A DNA stretch of 64,000 nt from the human T2T-CHM13v2.0 reference genome, Homo sapiens, in assembly GCF_009914755.1 (NCBI RefSeq), contig NC_060926.1. The stretch is one strand, 5' to 3'. A program made the translations under genes and the position numbers. Within the stretch, counting starts at the first letter, position 1, and every line of letters starts with the position of its first letter. Below are positions 43,544 to 57,340 of the stretch, one piece after another. Below the pieces are notes generated by a model. That model had not been told where the DNA came from and made no database searches. It saw nothing but the letters and a program-made list of their open reading frames with translations.

Positions 43544-46500
43544 GTATTTTCTTTATCTATTCATCTTTTGTTGGATACTTAGGTTGATTCCATATCTTGA
43601 CTATTGTGAACAGTGTTGGAATAAACCTGGGAGTGCAGATATATATTTGACACATTGATTCAACTTCCTTTAGACATATACTCAGTAGTGGGATTAATAT
43701 TTTTGTATAGAGTTGTTTGAGCTCTTTATATATTCAGGTTATTATTATAATCCCTTGCTAGACGGATAGTTTGCAAATATTTTCTCCCATTCTCTGGGTT
43801 GTCTTTTCACTTGGTTGATTGTTTTCTTTGCTGTGCAGAATCCTTTTAACTTGATATGATCTCCCATTTGTTCACTTTCCCTTTAGTTGCCTGTGCTTGT
43901 GGGTTATTACTCAGTAAATCTTTGTCCAGTTCAATGTCCTGGAGAGTTTCCCTGATATTTTCTTTTAGTACCTTCATAGTTTGAGGTCTTAGATTTAAGT
44001 CTTTAATCCATTTTGATTTGATTTTTGTATATGATGAGAGATAGGGGTTCCGTTTCATTCTTCCGCATATGGAGATCCAATTTTCTCAGCACCATTAATT
44101 GAAGGGTTTGTCCTTCTTCTAATGTATGTTCTTGGTACCCTGTTTGAAAATAAGTTCACTTCAGATGTATGAATTTGTTTCTGGGTTCTCTGTTCCACTC
44201 CACTGAATGATGTGTCTGTCTTTATGGCAACACCATGCCGTTTTGGTTACTTAGCTCTGTAGTATAACTTGAAATCAGGTAATGTAATTTCTCCTGTTTT
44301 GTTCTTTTTGCTCAGGATATATTTGGCTATTCTGGGTATTTTGGGGTTCCATATAAATTTTAGGATTGTTTTTTCTATTTTTTTGAAGAATGTCATTGGT
44401 ATTTTGATAGGGATTGCACTGAATCTGTAGATTGCTTTGGGTAGTAGACATGTTTACAATACTGATTCTTCCAGTAGATGAACATAGAATAGCTTTCCTT
44501 TTGTGTGTGTATCCTCTTCAATTCTTTCATCAAAGTTATATAGATTTCATTGTAGCAAACTTTTACTTCTTTGGCTAATTCCTAGGTATTTAACTTTATT
44601 TGTATCTATTGTAAGATAAATTATTTTTTAATTTCTTTTTCAGGTTGTTCACTGTTCCCATATAGAAATGCTACTGATTTTTGTATGTCGATTTTGTATT
44701 CTGAAACTTTACTGAATTTGTTTATAATTCTAATAATTTTTTGGTGGAGCATTTAGGATTTTGCAAGTATAAGATTATATTATCTGTAAACAAGAATAAC
44801 TTGACTTCTTCCTTTTCAATGTGGATGCCCTTTATTACTTTCTCTTGTCTGATTGCTCTCACTACTCTTCCATTACTATGTTATATAATAGTAGTGAGTG
44901 TGGGAATCCTTGCTGTGCTCCAGATCTTAGAGGAAAGACTTCAGTTTTTCCCCATTGAGTATGATACTAGCTGTGGGTCTGTCATATATGGATTTTATTA
45001 CATTGAGGTATGTTCCTTCTATACCTAGTTTGCTGAGTTTTTTAATTGTAAAGAAATATTGAGTTTTATCAAATGCATTTTTCACATCAATTGAAATGAT
45101 TGTATTGTTTTTGTCTTTCATACAGTTGATACAAGGTATCACATTGATTGATTTGTGTATGTTGAACCATCCTTGCATCCCTGGGATAAATACCACTTGG
45201 TCGTGATGAATGATCTTTTTAAAATGTTGTTGAACTTGGTTTGCTAGCATTTTGTTGAAGATTTTTGCATCAATGTTCATCAGGGATATTGGCATGTAGT
45301 TTGTTTGTTTGTTTGTTTCTGATGCCTCTATGGTTTTGGTGTGAGCGTAATATTGGCTTCATAGAATGAGTTTGGAAGAATTATCCCCTTCTCTATTTTT
45401 TGGAATAGTTTAAGCAAATTTGGTATTAGTTCTTTAAATGTTTGGTAGAATTCAGCAGGGAAATCATCAGGCTTTTCTTTACTGGGAGAGTTTTTATTAA
45501 GGCTTCAATGTCCTTACTTCTAGATTTCCCAGTTTGCTAGTATATAGTTGCTCATAGTAGCCTCTAATGATCTTTTAAGTTTCTGTGGTATTGGTTGTCA
45601 TATTTCCTCTTTAATTTCCATTTTTATTTATTTGAGCCTTCTCTCTTTTTTTCTTAGTCTTGCTAAAGGTCTGTCAATTTTGTTTATCTTTTCAAAGAAC
45701 CAACTTTATGTTTCATTGACTTTTTGTTTTCTTAATTTCAATTTCATTTATTTCTGCTCTGATATTTATTACTTATTTTATTCTACTAATTTTTGGTTTG
45801 GCTTGCTCTTACTTTTCTAGTTCCTTAAACTTCAATATTAGGTTGTTTATTTGAAGTTTTTCTTCTTTTTTCATGTAGGCACTTATAGCTATATATTACC
45901 CTCTTAGTAATGCTGTCACTATATGCCATAGGTTTTGGTATGTTGTGCTTCCATTATCATTTGTTTCAAAAAATTTTTCAATTTTCTTCTTAATTTCTTC
46001 TTTTACCCACTGGTCAATCAGGAGTATGTTGTTTAATTTCCATGTGTTCCTATAGTTTCCAAAATTCCTCTTTGTTGTCGATTTCTAGTTGTATTCCATT
46101 GTGGTCAGATAAAATATTTGATTTTATTTCATTTTGAATGTTTTAAGACTTGCCTTGTGGCTAACATATAGTCTATTCTTGAGAATACCCCGTGTGCTAT
46201 GGAGAGGAATGTGTATTCTGCAGTCACTGGATGAAATGCATTGTAAATATCTATTAAGCCCATTTGGTCTACAGTGAAGATTAAGTCTGATGTTTCTTTG
46301 TTGATTTTCTATCTGGAAGATCCATCCAATGTGGAAAGTGGGGTACTGAAGCCTCCAGCTATTATTGTTTTGGGGTCTATCTCTGCCTTTAGCACTAATA
46401 ATATTTGCTTTACCTATCTGGGTGCTCCAGTGTTAGGTGCACACATATTTACCACTGTTATGTCTTCTTATTGAATTGACCCATTTATAATTATATTATG

Positions 46501-46832
46501 ACCTTATTTGTCTCTTTTTATTGTTTTTGTCTTAAAATATATTTTGACCTCTATCTTGTTAGGTTGTATTTGTGTAGGAATACATATAGCTACTCCTGCT
46601 CTTTTTTGATTTCTACCGGCATGAAATACCTTTTTTCATCCCTTTATTTTTAGTCTATGTTTGACTTTATACATGGAATGTGTTTCTTGTAGGCAACAGA
46701 ACATTGGGTCTTGTTTTGTAATCCATTCAGTCACTCTATGTCTTTTGATTGGAGAGTTCATTTACATTCAATGTTATTATTGATAGATAAGAATATACCT
46801 CTGTTATTTTGTTATTTTGTTTCTGGTTGTTT

Positions 46833-47178
46833 TTCCTTCCTTCCTTCCTTCCTTCCTTCCTTCCTTCCTTCCTTCCTTCCTTTCTTCCTTCTTGCCTGTC
46901 TCTTCCTTTTCCTTTCCTTCCTCCTTTCCTTTTATTTCCTTTCTTATTCCTTTCCTTTTCCTTTCCTTTCCTGTTTCCTCCCCCCTTTCCCTTTCCCTTT
47001 CCCTCTCCCCTTCCCCTTTCCCTCTGCCCTTCCACTTTCCTTCTCCCCTTCCCCTTTCCCTCTCCCCTTCCCCTTTCCCTCTCCCCTTTCCCTTCCCCTT
47101 TCCCTTTCCCCTTTCCCCTTCCCTTTCCCCTTTCCCCTTCCTCTTCCCCTTCCCCTTCCCTTCCCTTCCCTTTTTCTT
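46833..47178. repeat. (CCTT)n/(CCCTTT)n/(CCCCTT)n polypyrimidine tract
   Basis: About 340 bp almost purine-free on the + strand. Confidence 0.97.
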
Positions 47179-48491
47179 ATGTCTTCCTTTTAGAGTAGGT
47201 AAATTTCCCTGGTGGTATGTTTCAATTTCTTGCTTTTTTATTTTTTGTGTATACATTATATTTTTTTGATTTGAGGTTACTATGAGGGTGGCAGGTAATA
47301 TCTTATAATCCACTATTTTAAACTGATGACAACTTAACACCGATTGCATAAACAGACTAACAAACAAGGAAAAAGAAAGCTAATAAAAATTCCACACTTT
47401 GTTCTCTCACATTTAAAAGTTTGTTCCTACTTATATTGTATTGTACTATGTCTTGAAAAGTTGTAGGTACTATTTTTGATCTGTTCATCTTTTTGTATTT
47501 CTACTTAAGATATAAGTAGCTTACATACCACAATTACAGTATTGTAATATTCATTGTTTTTATGTGTGTTTACTATGGCCAGTGAGTTTTATACCTTCAG
47601 ATTTCTTATTGCTCATTGATGTCCTTTTCTTTCATATTAAAAAAACGTCCCTTAGCATTTCTTGTCAGACAAGTCTGGTGTTGATGAAACCCCTCACCTT
47701 TTGTTTCTCTGGAAATTCTCTATTTCTCTATATTTAAAGGATATTTTCAGCAGATATACTATACTAGGATGAAATTTTTTCCTTCAGCACTATAAATATG
47801 TCATGCCACTCTCTATGATTTCCACTGAAAAGTCTGCTGGTAGATATATTGGCCCTCCATTGTATGTTATTTGTTTATTTTATCTTGCTGCTGTTAGGAT
47901 GCTTTCTTTATCCTTGACTTTTGGAAGTTTGATTATTAGATACCTTGAAGTCATCTTCTTTGGGTTAAATCTGCTTGGCGTTTCATAACCTTCTTGTACT
48001 TGGATATTGATATCTTTCTCTATGTTTGGGAAGTTCTCTGATATTATCTCTTTGAATAAACTTTCCCCTCTCTCAACCTCATCTTTAAGGACAATAACTC
48101 TTAGATTTGCCCTGTTGAGGCCATTCTCTAAGTGTTGTAGGTATGTTTTTTGTTTGTTTGTGTATTCCTTTCTGTTTTGTCTTCTCTGTGTATTTTCAGA
48201 CAGCCTGACTTCAAGCTCACTAACTCTTTTCTGCTTGAGATTCCTCAACATAGCTATTTTGAATTCTATGTGAAAGGTCACGTATCTCTATTTCTCTGGG
48301 ATTGGTCCCTGGTGCCTTATTTAGTTTGTTTGGTGAGGTCACATTTCCCTGGATGGTCTTGATGCCTGTGGATATTCGTTGGTGTCTGGGCATTGAACAG
48401 ATAGGTTATTATTGTAATCTTTGTTGTCTGGGCTTGTTTGTATTCATACATTTTGGGAAGGCTTTCCAGATATTTCAAGGGATTTGGGTGC

Positions 48492-48792
48492 TTTTTGTTT
48501 ATGTGTTTGTTTGTTTCAGGCAGTGTCTGTCACCTAGGGTGGTGTGCAGTGGCATGATCATGGCTCACTGCTGCCTTGACTTCCCGGGCTCAATCAATTC
48601 TCTTACCTCAGCCTCCTGAGTAGCTAGAAGTACAGGTGCATGCCAGAATGCCTGACTAATTTTTATATTTTTTGTAGAGACATAGTTTCACCATGTTGTC
48701 CAGGCTGGTCTCAAACTCCTGGGCTCAAGTAATCTGCTAGCCTTGGCCTTCCAAAGTCCTGGAATTACAGGTGTGAGACACTGCACCTGGCC
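48492..48792 (-). mobile_element. AluJ nested in L1
   Basis: gatcatggctcactgc, gggctcaa, aaactcctgggctcaagt diagnostics. Confidence 0.9.
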
Positions 48793-51700
48793 AGGACTAG
48801 GGAGTTGTGATATAAATTTTAGGTCACTGCAGCCAGATCTGCATTAAGGGGCACCCCAAGCCCAGTAACACTGTGGTTCCTGCAGACTCATAGAGATACC
48901 ACCTTAGTGGTCTTGGATAAGATCTTGAAGAATTCTCTGGCTTACCTGGTAGAGACTCTTGTTCTCTTCCCTTACTTTCTCCTAAACAAATGTAGTCTCT
49001 CTCTCTCTCTGTGCTGAACTGCCTGGATCTGGGTGAGGGTTGACACAAATACCCCTGGACCCACCACTACTGGAATTGCACTGGGTCAGACCTGATGTCA
49101 GCACAGCACTTCGTCTTAATCAAGGCCTGCTGTAACCACTACCTGGCTATGGCCTATGTTCACTCAAGGCCCTGGGGCTCTACAATCAACAGGTGACAAA
49201 GCAGTCAGGCTTGTGTCCTTCGCTTCAGGGTGGCAAGTTTCCTCAGGCCCCAGGTAGGTCCAGAGCTTGGAGTTAGAAATATTAGAAGTCTACTTGGTGC
49301 TTTATTCTACTGTGGCTAAACTGAAACCCAAACCACAAGACAAAGTTCTTCCCACTCCTCCCTCCCCTTTCCACAGCCAGAAGTGTCTCTCCCCATGTCC
49401 ACCACTACAAAAGGTCCATGGGGATTACTGCCAGTCTACAGGTGATGTTCACTTAAGGCCCAAAGGCTCTTTAGTCAGCTTGTGGTGAATATTGCTAGAT
49501 TGAGACTCACCCCTCAGGGAAGTGGGCCCTGCTCTGGCCCAGGGTAGGTCCAGAAAGGCCATCCAAGACCCAAGACCTGGAATTGAGGACCCCAAGAGGC
49601 TCCTTTCTGCTTTATCTTATTGTGACTGAGCTAGTACCTAAGCTGAAAGACAAAGTCTGCTTTACTCTTCCTCTGCTTTTCTCAAGCAGATGGAGTTTCT
49701 CACAGCTGTGAGTTTGCTGTGACACACCTAAAGCCAAAACATCTCAGTATCTCACCCAAGGCCCATAGGGTGTACCACCTGGCTACTGCTGTTGATTACT
49801 CGGGGCTCAATGACTCTTTAGTCAGCAGATGATGAATCCTGCCAGTACTGGGTCCTTTCCCTCAAGGCAGCAAGTTCCCTTCTGGCCCAGGGTGTGTCTA
49901 GAAGTGTTGTCCAGGAACTAGGGCCTGGAATGGGACCTCATGATTCTACCCAGTGCTCTATCTTACGGTGGCTGAGCTGATATCCAAGTTGCAGGACAAA
50001 GTCCTCTTTACTCCAGTGCTCCCCTCTCCTCTCCTCTCCTCTCCTCAAGCGGAAGGAATAAGTCTCTTTCAGAGCTGTAAGCTGTTCTGCCTGAGATTGG
50101 CAGAGGCGTGGTACAAGCACTCCCTCAGTCACTCCAGCTGGTGTCTCACTATGTAATGTAACTACCACGTCCACTGGCTCTGAGACCAGTATAGCACTAG
50201 GAATTGCCTGGGAGTTGCAGTCCTTGTGGCCTAGACTGTATTTCAAGTTTATTTAAGACCCCCATAGCATCTCAGCCCACAGTGAAAAAGCTGTCAGACT
50301 CAAGTTCAGATTGCTGGACTGATCAATTATCCTCTGGCTACGGCTTGTCTAAATGCTCCCACTGTGGGTGTCAGCTAAATTCTGCCTGGTGTTGGCAGTA
50401 CTGAGTTCCAATGCAAAGTCCTACAATCACTGTGCTCTCCCTCCTACAAGTGCACAGATTCTCTGTCAGTCACATGGCCACTGCTAGGGAATGGAGAGGG
50501 GTGACCTCGGCATTTAAGACTGTCATTCCTAGCCTCATCAGTGCTTCTTTTAGTGATATGAAGTTAAATCAGGTACTTTCATCACTCACCTGATTTTTTG
50601 TTATTATCAAAGTGCTTTTTTGTGTAGATAGTTGTTCAATTTGGCGTGCCTGCCAAAGGATAAGTGGTGGAGGATTCTATTTGTCCATATTGCTCTGTCT
50701 CCTCCTGAGTTTCTTATATTCTGGATATTAATTCCTTGTCAGATGCATAGTTTGTACATATTTTCTCTCATTTTGTAGGTTGTCTCTTCATTCTATTCAT
50801 TGTTTCCTTTGCTGTGCACAAGTTCTGCAGTTGATGTAATTCCATTTTGTCTACTTTTTCCTTTTGTTGCCTGTGCATTTGAGGGCTTATTAAAAAAATT
50901 CTTGCCCAGATGAGTATCATGAAGCATTTATGTTTTCTTCTAGTACTTTCATAGTTTTAGGTCATAAATTTAAGTCTAACAAGTATGTGGCAAAAAATTG
51001 GAAAACTTAAAAGAAATGGATAAATTTTGGATACATAAAACATACCAAGATTGAATCAAAAGAAACAAAAAACTTAAACAGATCAGTAACAAGTAATGAG
51101 ACTCAGTAATGAAAAGTCTTCTGTTTAACGAAAGCTTAGGAGCTGATGGATTAAATGCTGAATTCTATCAAATATTTAAAAAAGAACTAATACCAATTCT
51201 TCTCATACAATTCCTAAAAGATGTAGCGGAGGGAATTCTAAACGCAGTCTATGAGGCCAGCATTAGTCTGATACCAAAACCAGACAAGAACACGACCAAA
51301 AAGAAAACTACAGTCTAATATCCCCAAAGAACATAAATGCAAAAGTCCTCAATAAAATAGTAGGAAACTAACTCTAACACTGCATCAAAAAGATCATTCG
51401 CCATGATGAAGTAGAATTCATCCCAGGGATGCAAGGATGGTTCAGCATAGGCAAATCAATAAATGTGATACATCCCATTAACCAAATGAAAGACAAAAAC
51501 CTAATGATCATCTCCATAGACGCAGAAAAAGCATTTGATAAATTCAACATCCCTTCATAATAGAAATCCTAAACAAATTAGGTATAGAAGAAATATACCC
51601 AATATAATAAACACCCTATATGACAAACCCACATTTAACATGCCAAATGGGGAAAAATTAAAAGTTTTTCCTCTAAGAACTGGAATAAGACAAGGATGCT

Positions 51701-52798
51701 CACTTTCACTACTTCTGTCCAGCACAGTACTGGAAGTCCTAGCTAGAGCAGTTAAGAAGGGGGAAAAAAATACAAGGCACTGAAATTGGAAAGGAAGAGG
51801 TTTAAATTGTCCTTATTTCTAATTGACATAATCTTATATATAGAAACACTACAGACTCCCCAAAAACTGTTAGAACTAATGAACAAATTCAGTAAAGTTG
51901 CAGTATTTAAAATTAACACACAAAAATCTGTAGTGTTTCTATACACCAATAGCAAACTATCTGAAAAAGAAACAAAGAAAGCAACCCCATTTACAATAGC
52001 TACAAAAAAATACTTAAAAATACAATTTAACCAAGGAAGTGAAAGATCTCTACAATGAAAACAATAAAACATTGATAAAATAAATTGAAGAGGACACTAA
52101 TAAAAGGGTATATAGCCCATGTTTATAGATTAGAAGAATTGATATTGTTAAAATGTTCACAGTATCCAAAGTGATCTATAGATTCAGTGCAATCCCTATC
52201 AAAATATCCACAACATTTTGCACAGAAATAGAAAAAAAAATTGAAAAGTTCTTATGGAACCACACAATACCTCAAATAGCCAAAGCAAAACTAAGAGAAA
52301 GCTAGATGCATAATAGTAACGAAAAAAGCATGGTAGTGACATAAAAACAGACACATGGACCAACAGAACAAAATAGAGGCCCAGAAATCAATTCACACAT
52401 TTACAGCCAACTAATTTTCAACCAACACCACACCAAGACCACACATTAGGGAAAGGAGAGTCTCTAATAAATGTTGCTGGGAAAATAAAATATCTACATG
52501 CAGAAGAATGAAACTGAACCCCTATCTGTCACCACTTACAGAAATCAACTCAAATAAACTATTTAATGGTACCTATTCCTTAAGTTTACTGTATCTACAT
52601 GCATGTAAACTGAAGTCCTGCAATGTAAGCACCCACCTTTCACAAACATTAATAATTTGATTAGGAAAAAATAAGTGCTTAACATCGAGTAAAGCAAACT
52701 TTACATTCTCAAAGGGCAAGCAGGTATCTTTTTAAAAGTTATTATTATTGTACAACTAGAAAACAATAACTAGATTCTTAGCTTCTTGAATGCAGATA

Positions 52799-53215
52799 CA
52801 TTTGACCCTTGCACAACATGTATTTGAACTGTGTGGGCCCACATAAGTAGATTTTTTTTTAAATAAATACAATCACCCTTCTATAACTGCAGGTTCCACA
52901 TCCACAACTGAATGTGTATCAAAAATACAGTCAGTCAGCTACTTCAGAAGCTGAGGCAGGAGTATCACCTGAGCTCCGGAGTTCAATATTACAATAAGCT
53001 ATGACCACCACTGCTTTCAAGCTTGGGTGACAGAGTGAGACCCCATCTCAAACAAACAACAGTATTTGGGGGATGCAAAAACCCATGGATACAAAGGGCT
53101 GACTTTTCATATACGCAGGCTCTGAAGGGCCCACTGTGGGACCTGAATATGCACTGATTTTGGTGTCTGTGGGGGTCCTGGGACCAATCCCCTTTGGATA
53201 CCAAGGGGCAACTTT
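52799..53215 (+). mobile_element. MER2B-like TcMar-Tigger DNA transposon, interrupted by an Alu monomer
   Basis: gacccttgcacaacatgtatttgaactg...ggggtcctgggaccaatcccc...gataccaagggg. Confidence 0.85.
52932..53057 (+). mobile_element. Truncated Alu monomer (FRAM/FAM/AluJ right arm)
   Basis: cagctacttcagaagctgaggcagg...gggtgacagagtgagaccccatctc; flanked by acagt duplication. Confidence 0.85.
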
Positions 53216-53515
53216 ACAGTGTTTTTTTGCCTATCTCCCATAACCCTAGAAGAAAAGGATGTATATATACGTGCTGAATCAATACTTGCATGTTTCTTTA
53301 GTAAGAAACTTCATGTGTTTTTAAATTATCAAGAGGTGGAATAAGTTACATGGCGATGCTTACCAAAAATTTAAAAACATTATTCACAAACCAAAGAATA
53401 AAGTATTTTTTGCCCTACTTTTCAGAGGAATCAACTGACAACAGCTGAAATATCAAAAATCAAAGGATAAAACTTCTCTAGTATCAATAAAACAAAGAAA
53501 ATGTCACACTCCTAA

Positions 53516-53528
53516 ATATATATATGTG

Positions 53529-53566
<38 letters not shown>

Positions 53567-53600
53567 CCTATCTATCTATCTATCTAATCTTATCTATCTA
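53516..53600. repeat. (TA)n + (TCTA)n microsatellite
   Basis: GATA-type tetranucleotide run. Confidence 0.97.
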
Positions 53601-53920
53601 TATTTAAAGCACAAAATATAAAGCATATCAAGTAAAACAGTACTGTGAAATTGTAAGGGAATGTATTGAAAGCTAACACTTTCCTCTTCAAAGTTAACTG
53701 GGATATTGCTTTCCTAAACCTTGTAGTCAAAGACCATTTCTTGAAGTAAAGTAGGGAAAAGGAGGGAGAAAAATCGTGGATTTCAGACTGCAACACAAAG
53801 AGCCTGTGCCCAGGATACTGCTGTGGGCCATGTCAATCTTGAAGGTAGAAAAAATATATTTCTCCAGGAGAGTATTAGACCCCCAAATCATGCCCCCAGC
53901 ACACTTTCTTCAACTCCCCA

Positions 53921-54510
53921 TGTAACCAAGCAGCTCGACTTCAAAATGCATTTTAAAACTTTTTTCTTTTCTCCTTTGTCTTGAGATGTAACCTGAAAGC
54001 AAACTGCAGAAGCTTTTCCCATAACCTTAAAATAGACTCTAAATTCCTCCCTTTCCCACTGTATACTCCCTTCACATTTATCTAGCTGTATGCTAGTACT
54101 TAATTATGTGCTTACTTATAAGTTCCAAGGGCTAATCTTGAGACAGACAAACCAAGCCTGGAGACCCAGCTGCACAATTTCAGAGATTACCTCAAGGAGG
54201 CTAGTCAACAACCTGGCCATTGTTGAGATGACTCCAGCCCATGTTCCAGGTGGAATGAGACTCAAGATAGCCACTGAAACAAGACATGCAGACCTTGTAC
54301 TCAGCACAATTCCTGCATGCCTCCCCATATCAAGTTTCCCTTTTGAAATCCCCGCCTCCTCCCCAGAAATTCAAAGTGGCTGCTTTGGACTACAATCTGG
54401 GCATTTCCCCATCACTAGTTTTGGTTAATAAAGTAACTTTCTTTTTACCATACCTTGCACTTGTCACTGGACTCTGCAAGCAGCACGTGGCAGACCTGTG
54501 TTGGGTTACA
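53921..54510 (+). mobile_element. ERV1 solo LTR, LTR26-like
   Basis: TGTAACC...GGTTACA inverted termini; exact 4-bp TSD CCCA (53917-53920, 54511-54514); internal AATAAA. Confidence 0.88.
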
Positions 54511-54749
54511 CCCACACCATTATTCAGCAAGCACTGAATCCATACAAAAATGAATAATAATCAGACAAAAAGTCACAAAAGACTTCCCCATGGAAACCAG
54601 AAACAACAACAGTAGCAATAGTGAGACAAAACCAAAAATGGGGAAAATGGGGTGCCTGGGTAAAGAGTCATGAGGAAAAGGCAATATTTATGCAAATTAA
54701 CATTAAGATTTTAGACAAATAATTTTCCAGAATCATTAAGACAATATGG

Positions 54750-55860
54750 TTACAGAGATTCAGGGTTCAGATGCAATAAACTGAAAGCGATGAATGAAGG
54801 CTAGCAGAGCAACATGAAAACATAGAAGAGAAAAATGAAAATATACCACAGCTAAAACACACATGCAGTACAGACTAACTGTGATTAAAGCTAAATAAGA
54901 TACATGGTGGATAGCGTGAGGAAAATGTACAGTGTAAAGTGGAAAGAAAATTGTAAATACTGTTAATTGAGATAATGGATATAGAAAACAAAACAAAACG
55001 GAAAAACTTCAACATAATAAGTGCTCCCAAAAGAAAAAAAGAGGAAAGCATTTTTGAAATAAAGGCTTGTGTATGCAAATTGAAATAAAATGTGTTTCTG
55101 AGAAATCATATTGAATAATTACAACACTAAGGTATAATCAAACAAAGCTACTGAACTTCAAATACAAAAAGAATCAAATGGATATTCAGGTAGAAAAAGC
55201 ATGTCACAGACAAGGAAAAAAATCATTTTGGCCTTAGGCTCTAACCAAAGCAACATATTTATACCAAAAGATGGTGAAACAATGTGAACACATTTATCAA
55301 TGAGATAAATTAATCTTAGGATATTTACTCTGAGTCAGGTTGTTCTTTAAGTATGAAAGACAAGCATGCATACTGGAATCATCCCCATAAGACCTTTCTA
55401 AAACAAAACTACTATAACTATTAAGCCACCACCCTTTCTACTATTGAGCAGCAAAATCCAGTCTTTTAAGAAAAAATCACCTTAATAACTTAGCAATGGA
55501 GAAATTATAGCGAGCACTGATTCTATTTAAATATAAAACTAAGATGGAGAACTATTAAGAGTAGATTCATAGTGTCAGAGCAGAATTTCAATGTTATAAC
55601 CACCATCAGCATAATAGTAACAAAATAAGAGAGAGAGGAGTGTGAGAAAGGAGTCAGAGACAAAGTGTAATTATACTAATTTATTCATCTTTCATAGCTC
55701 AGGATCAAGACACTAACTAAAATTAATACACATGCTTTAGAAGAATAATAAATATGTTTTAAAAAATTTTAAAGAATCTTTTAGTTTCAGAATATTTTAA
55801 AAATATATACTTCTTGTAATGAATAAACTCATATCTGAATTTGAGATGGTCCTTAAATTT
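54750..55860 (+). mobile_element. HAL1/old L1 ORF1-like fragment
   Basis: Degenerate ORF1-like A-rich sequence (ctactgaacttcaaatac...aaaaagcatgtcac). Confidence 0.45.
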
Positions 55861-56347
55861 GTGTTTTGTGGTTTTTTTAAGTCAAACAAGTCAAATGTAA
55901 TATTTTATAAGCTAAAATATTATGTAAAGAATAATTACTTTATTCTGAATTATTTATATTTATTCATTGGTCAATACATCATCCCAGAAATATCACTTAA
56001 AATTAAGAGTAGCTATTTCTGGAGAGTGGAAATTTTTATGATTTCTTGCTTTCTTGTAGTATTTTTTCCCTCCATGGGTTGGGGTGTGCATAATAAGCCT
56101 GTATTTTTACAATATTACCATTGCGTCTATTAGCATAGCTTAAAATACACTGTTTGCTGTGGGTTGAATGTCTCTGCCAAAACTAATGTTGAAATTTAAT
56201 TGCCAGTGTAAGGGTGTTGGGAAATGGGGCCTTTAAGAAGTGATTATGTTACGAGGGCTTCACCCTTATGAGTAGATTAATGCTGTTATTGAGGGAAGGG
56301 GTTAGTTATCACAGGAGTAGCCTCCTGATAAAAGGACAACTTTGTGG

Positions 56348-57020
56348 AAGTTATCACACTAAGTTAAATAACTCAGGAACAGAAAGTCAAATACCAGATG
56401 ATATGGTTTGGATTCGTGTTCAGCCCAAACCTCATGTTGAATTGTAATCCCCAGTGATGGAGAAGGGGCACGGTGGGAGGTGATTGGATCACGGGGGTGG
56501 ATTTCCCCTTGCTGTTCTTGTGATAGTGAATTCTCACAAGACCTGGTTGTTGAAAAGTGTGTAGCACCACCCCCTTCACTCTCTTCCTCCTTCTGCAGCC
56601 ATGTAAGACATGCTTGCTTCCTCTTTGCCTTCTGCCATGAATGGAAGCTTCCTGAGTCCTCCCCAGTGATGCTTCCTGTACAGCCTATGGAACTGTGAGT
56701 CCATTAAACCAGTTTTCTTTATAAATTAACCAGTTTCAGGTAGTTATTTATAGCAATGTGAGAAAGGACTAGTATACCATGTGTTCTCACATAGAAGTGG
56801 GTGCTGAACAATGTGGACAAACGGATATATAGAGTGGAATAGTCAACATAGGAGACTACAAATGTGGGCAAGTCAGCGGAGTGAAGGTTAAAAATTACCT
56901 GTTGGGTACAATGTTCACTATTTGGGTGTGGGTACACTAAAAGCCCAGACTTCACCACTACACAATATATGCAGGTAAGAAATCTGCACATGTACCCACA
57001 AATCTATAAAAATAAAAAGT
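56348..57020 (+). mobile_element. L1PB/L1MA 3'-end fragment, interrupted by MSTA
   Basis: actcaggaacagaaagtcaaatacc...gttctcac...aaaagcccagacttcaccacta...aatctataaaaataaaa. Confidence 0.85.
56399..56776 (+). mobile_element. MSTA MaLR solo LTR
   Basis: tgatatggtttgga...caaacctcatgttgaattgtaatcccc...tttatagcaatgtgagaa. Confidence 0.92.
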
Positions 57021-57301
57021 AAAATAAAATGGTAGATTTAAGTCTAGCCACACCAACAATTACATTCAATGGAAATTGTCTATCATTCCACTTAAGGGAT
57101 CAAAGTAGTTACATTAACTTTTTAAAAAGATCTAGGTGCTGGGCTCAAGAAAGCCAGTTTAGTCATAAAGACTTACAAAGATTAAAAGCAACCGGATGAA
57201 AAAAGATACCATGCAAACAATAAGCAAAAGGAGTTTGGAGAACACATAACAATCCTAAACAGGTACGCACTTACCTAACAACAAGGTTTTAACATGCATG
57301 A

Positions 57302-57302
<1 letters not shown>

Positions 57303-57337
<35 letters not shown>
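57303..57337. repeat. (CA)n microsatellite
   Basis: Pure CA run. Confidence 0.97.

Positions 57338-57340
<3 letters not shown>

Larger units (their letters stand above)
43700..50706 (-). mobile_element. Nested L1MA1-3-type element with 5'UTR, ORF1 and ORF2 remnants but no 3' end
   Basis: 5' terminus ggaggagacagagcaatatgg on the - strand; ORF1 remnant (47880-48281 ORF); ORF2 remnant [11 protein letters not shown]...GMQGWFNI. Confidence 0.88.
42983..52555 (-). mobile_element. L1MA4/5-type host element with 5' inversion (antisense 42983-43695 and 50707-50977; inverted sense part 50978-52555)
   Basis: L1MA 3'UTR at the left; ORF2 peptides in the + segment. The segments end at adjacent consensus positions (caactcaaa / agacttaaat). 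Confidence 0.8.

Noticed and set aside
46711-47367. Long PF-rich and GK/ER-rich ORFs
   Set aside because: Stop-free translation of a simple repeat.
49300-50020. Spaced repeats (gtggctgagct...gacaaagtc) resembling an array
   Set aside because: Degenerate internal repeats of an L1MA 5'UTR; irregular spacing, eukaryotic context, not CRISPR.
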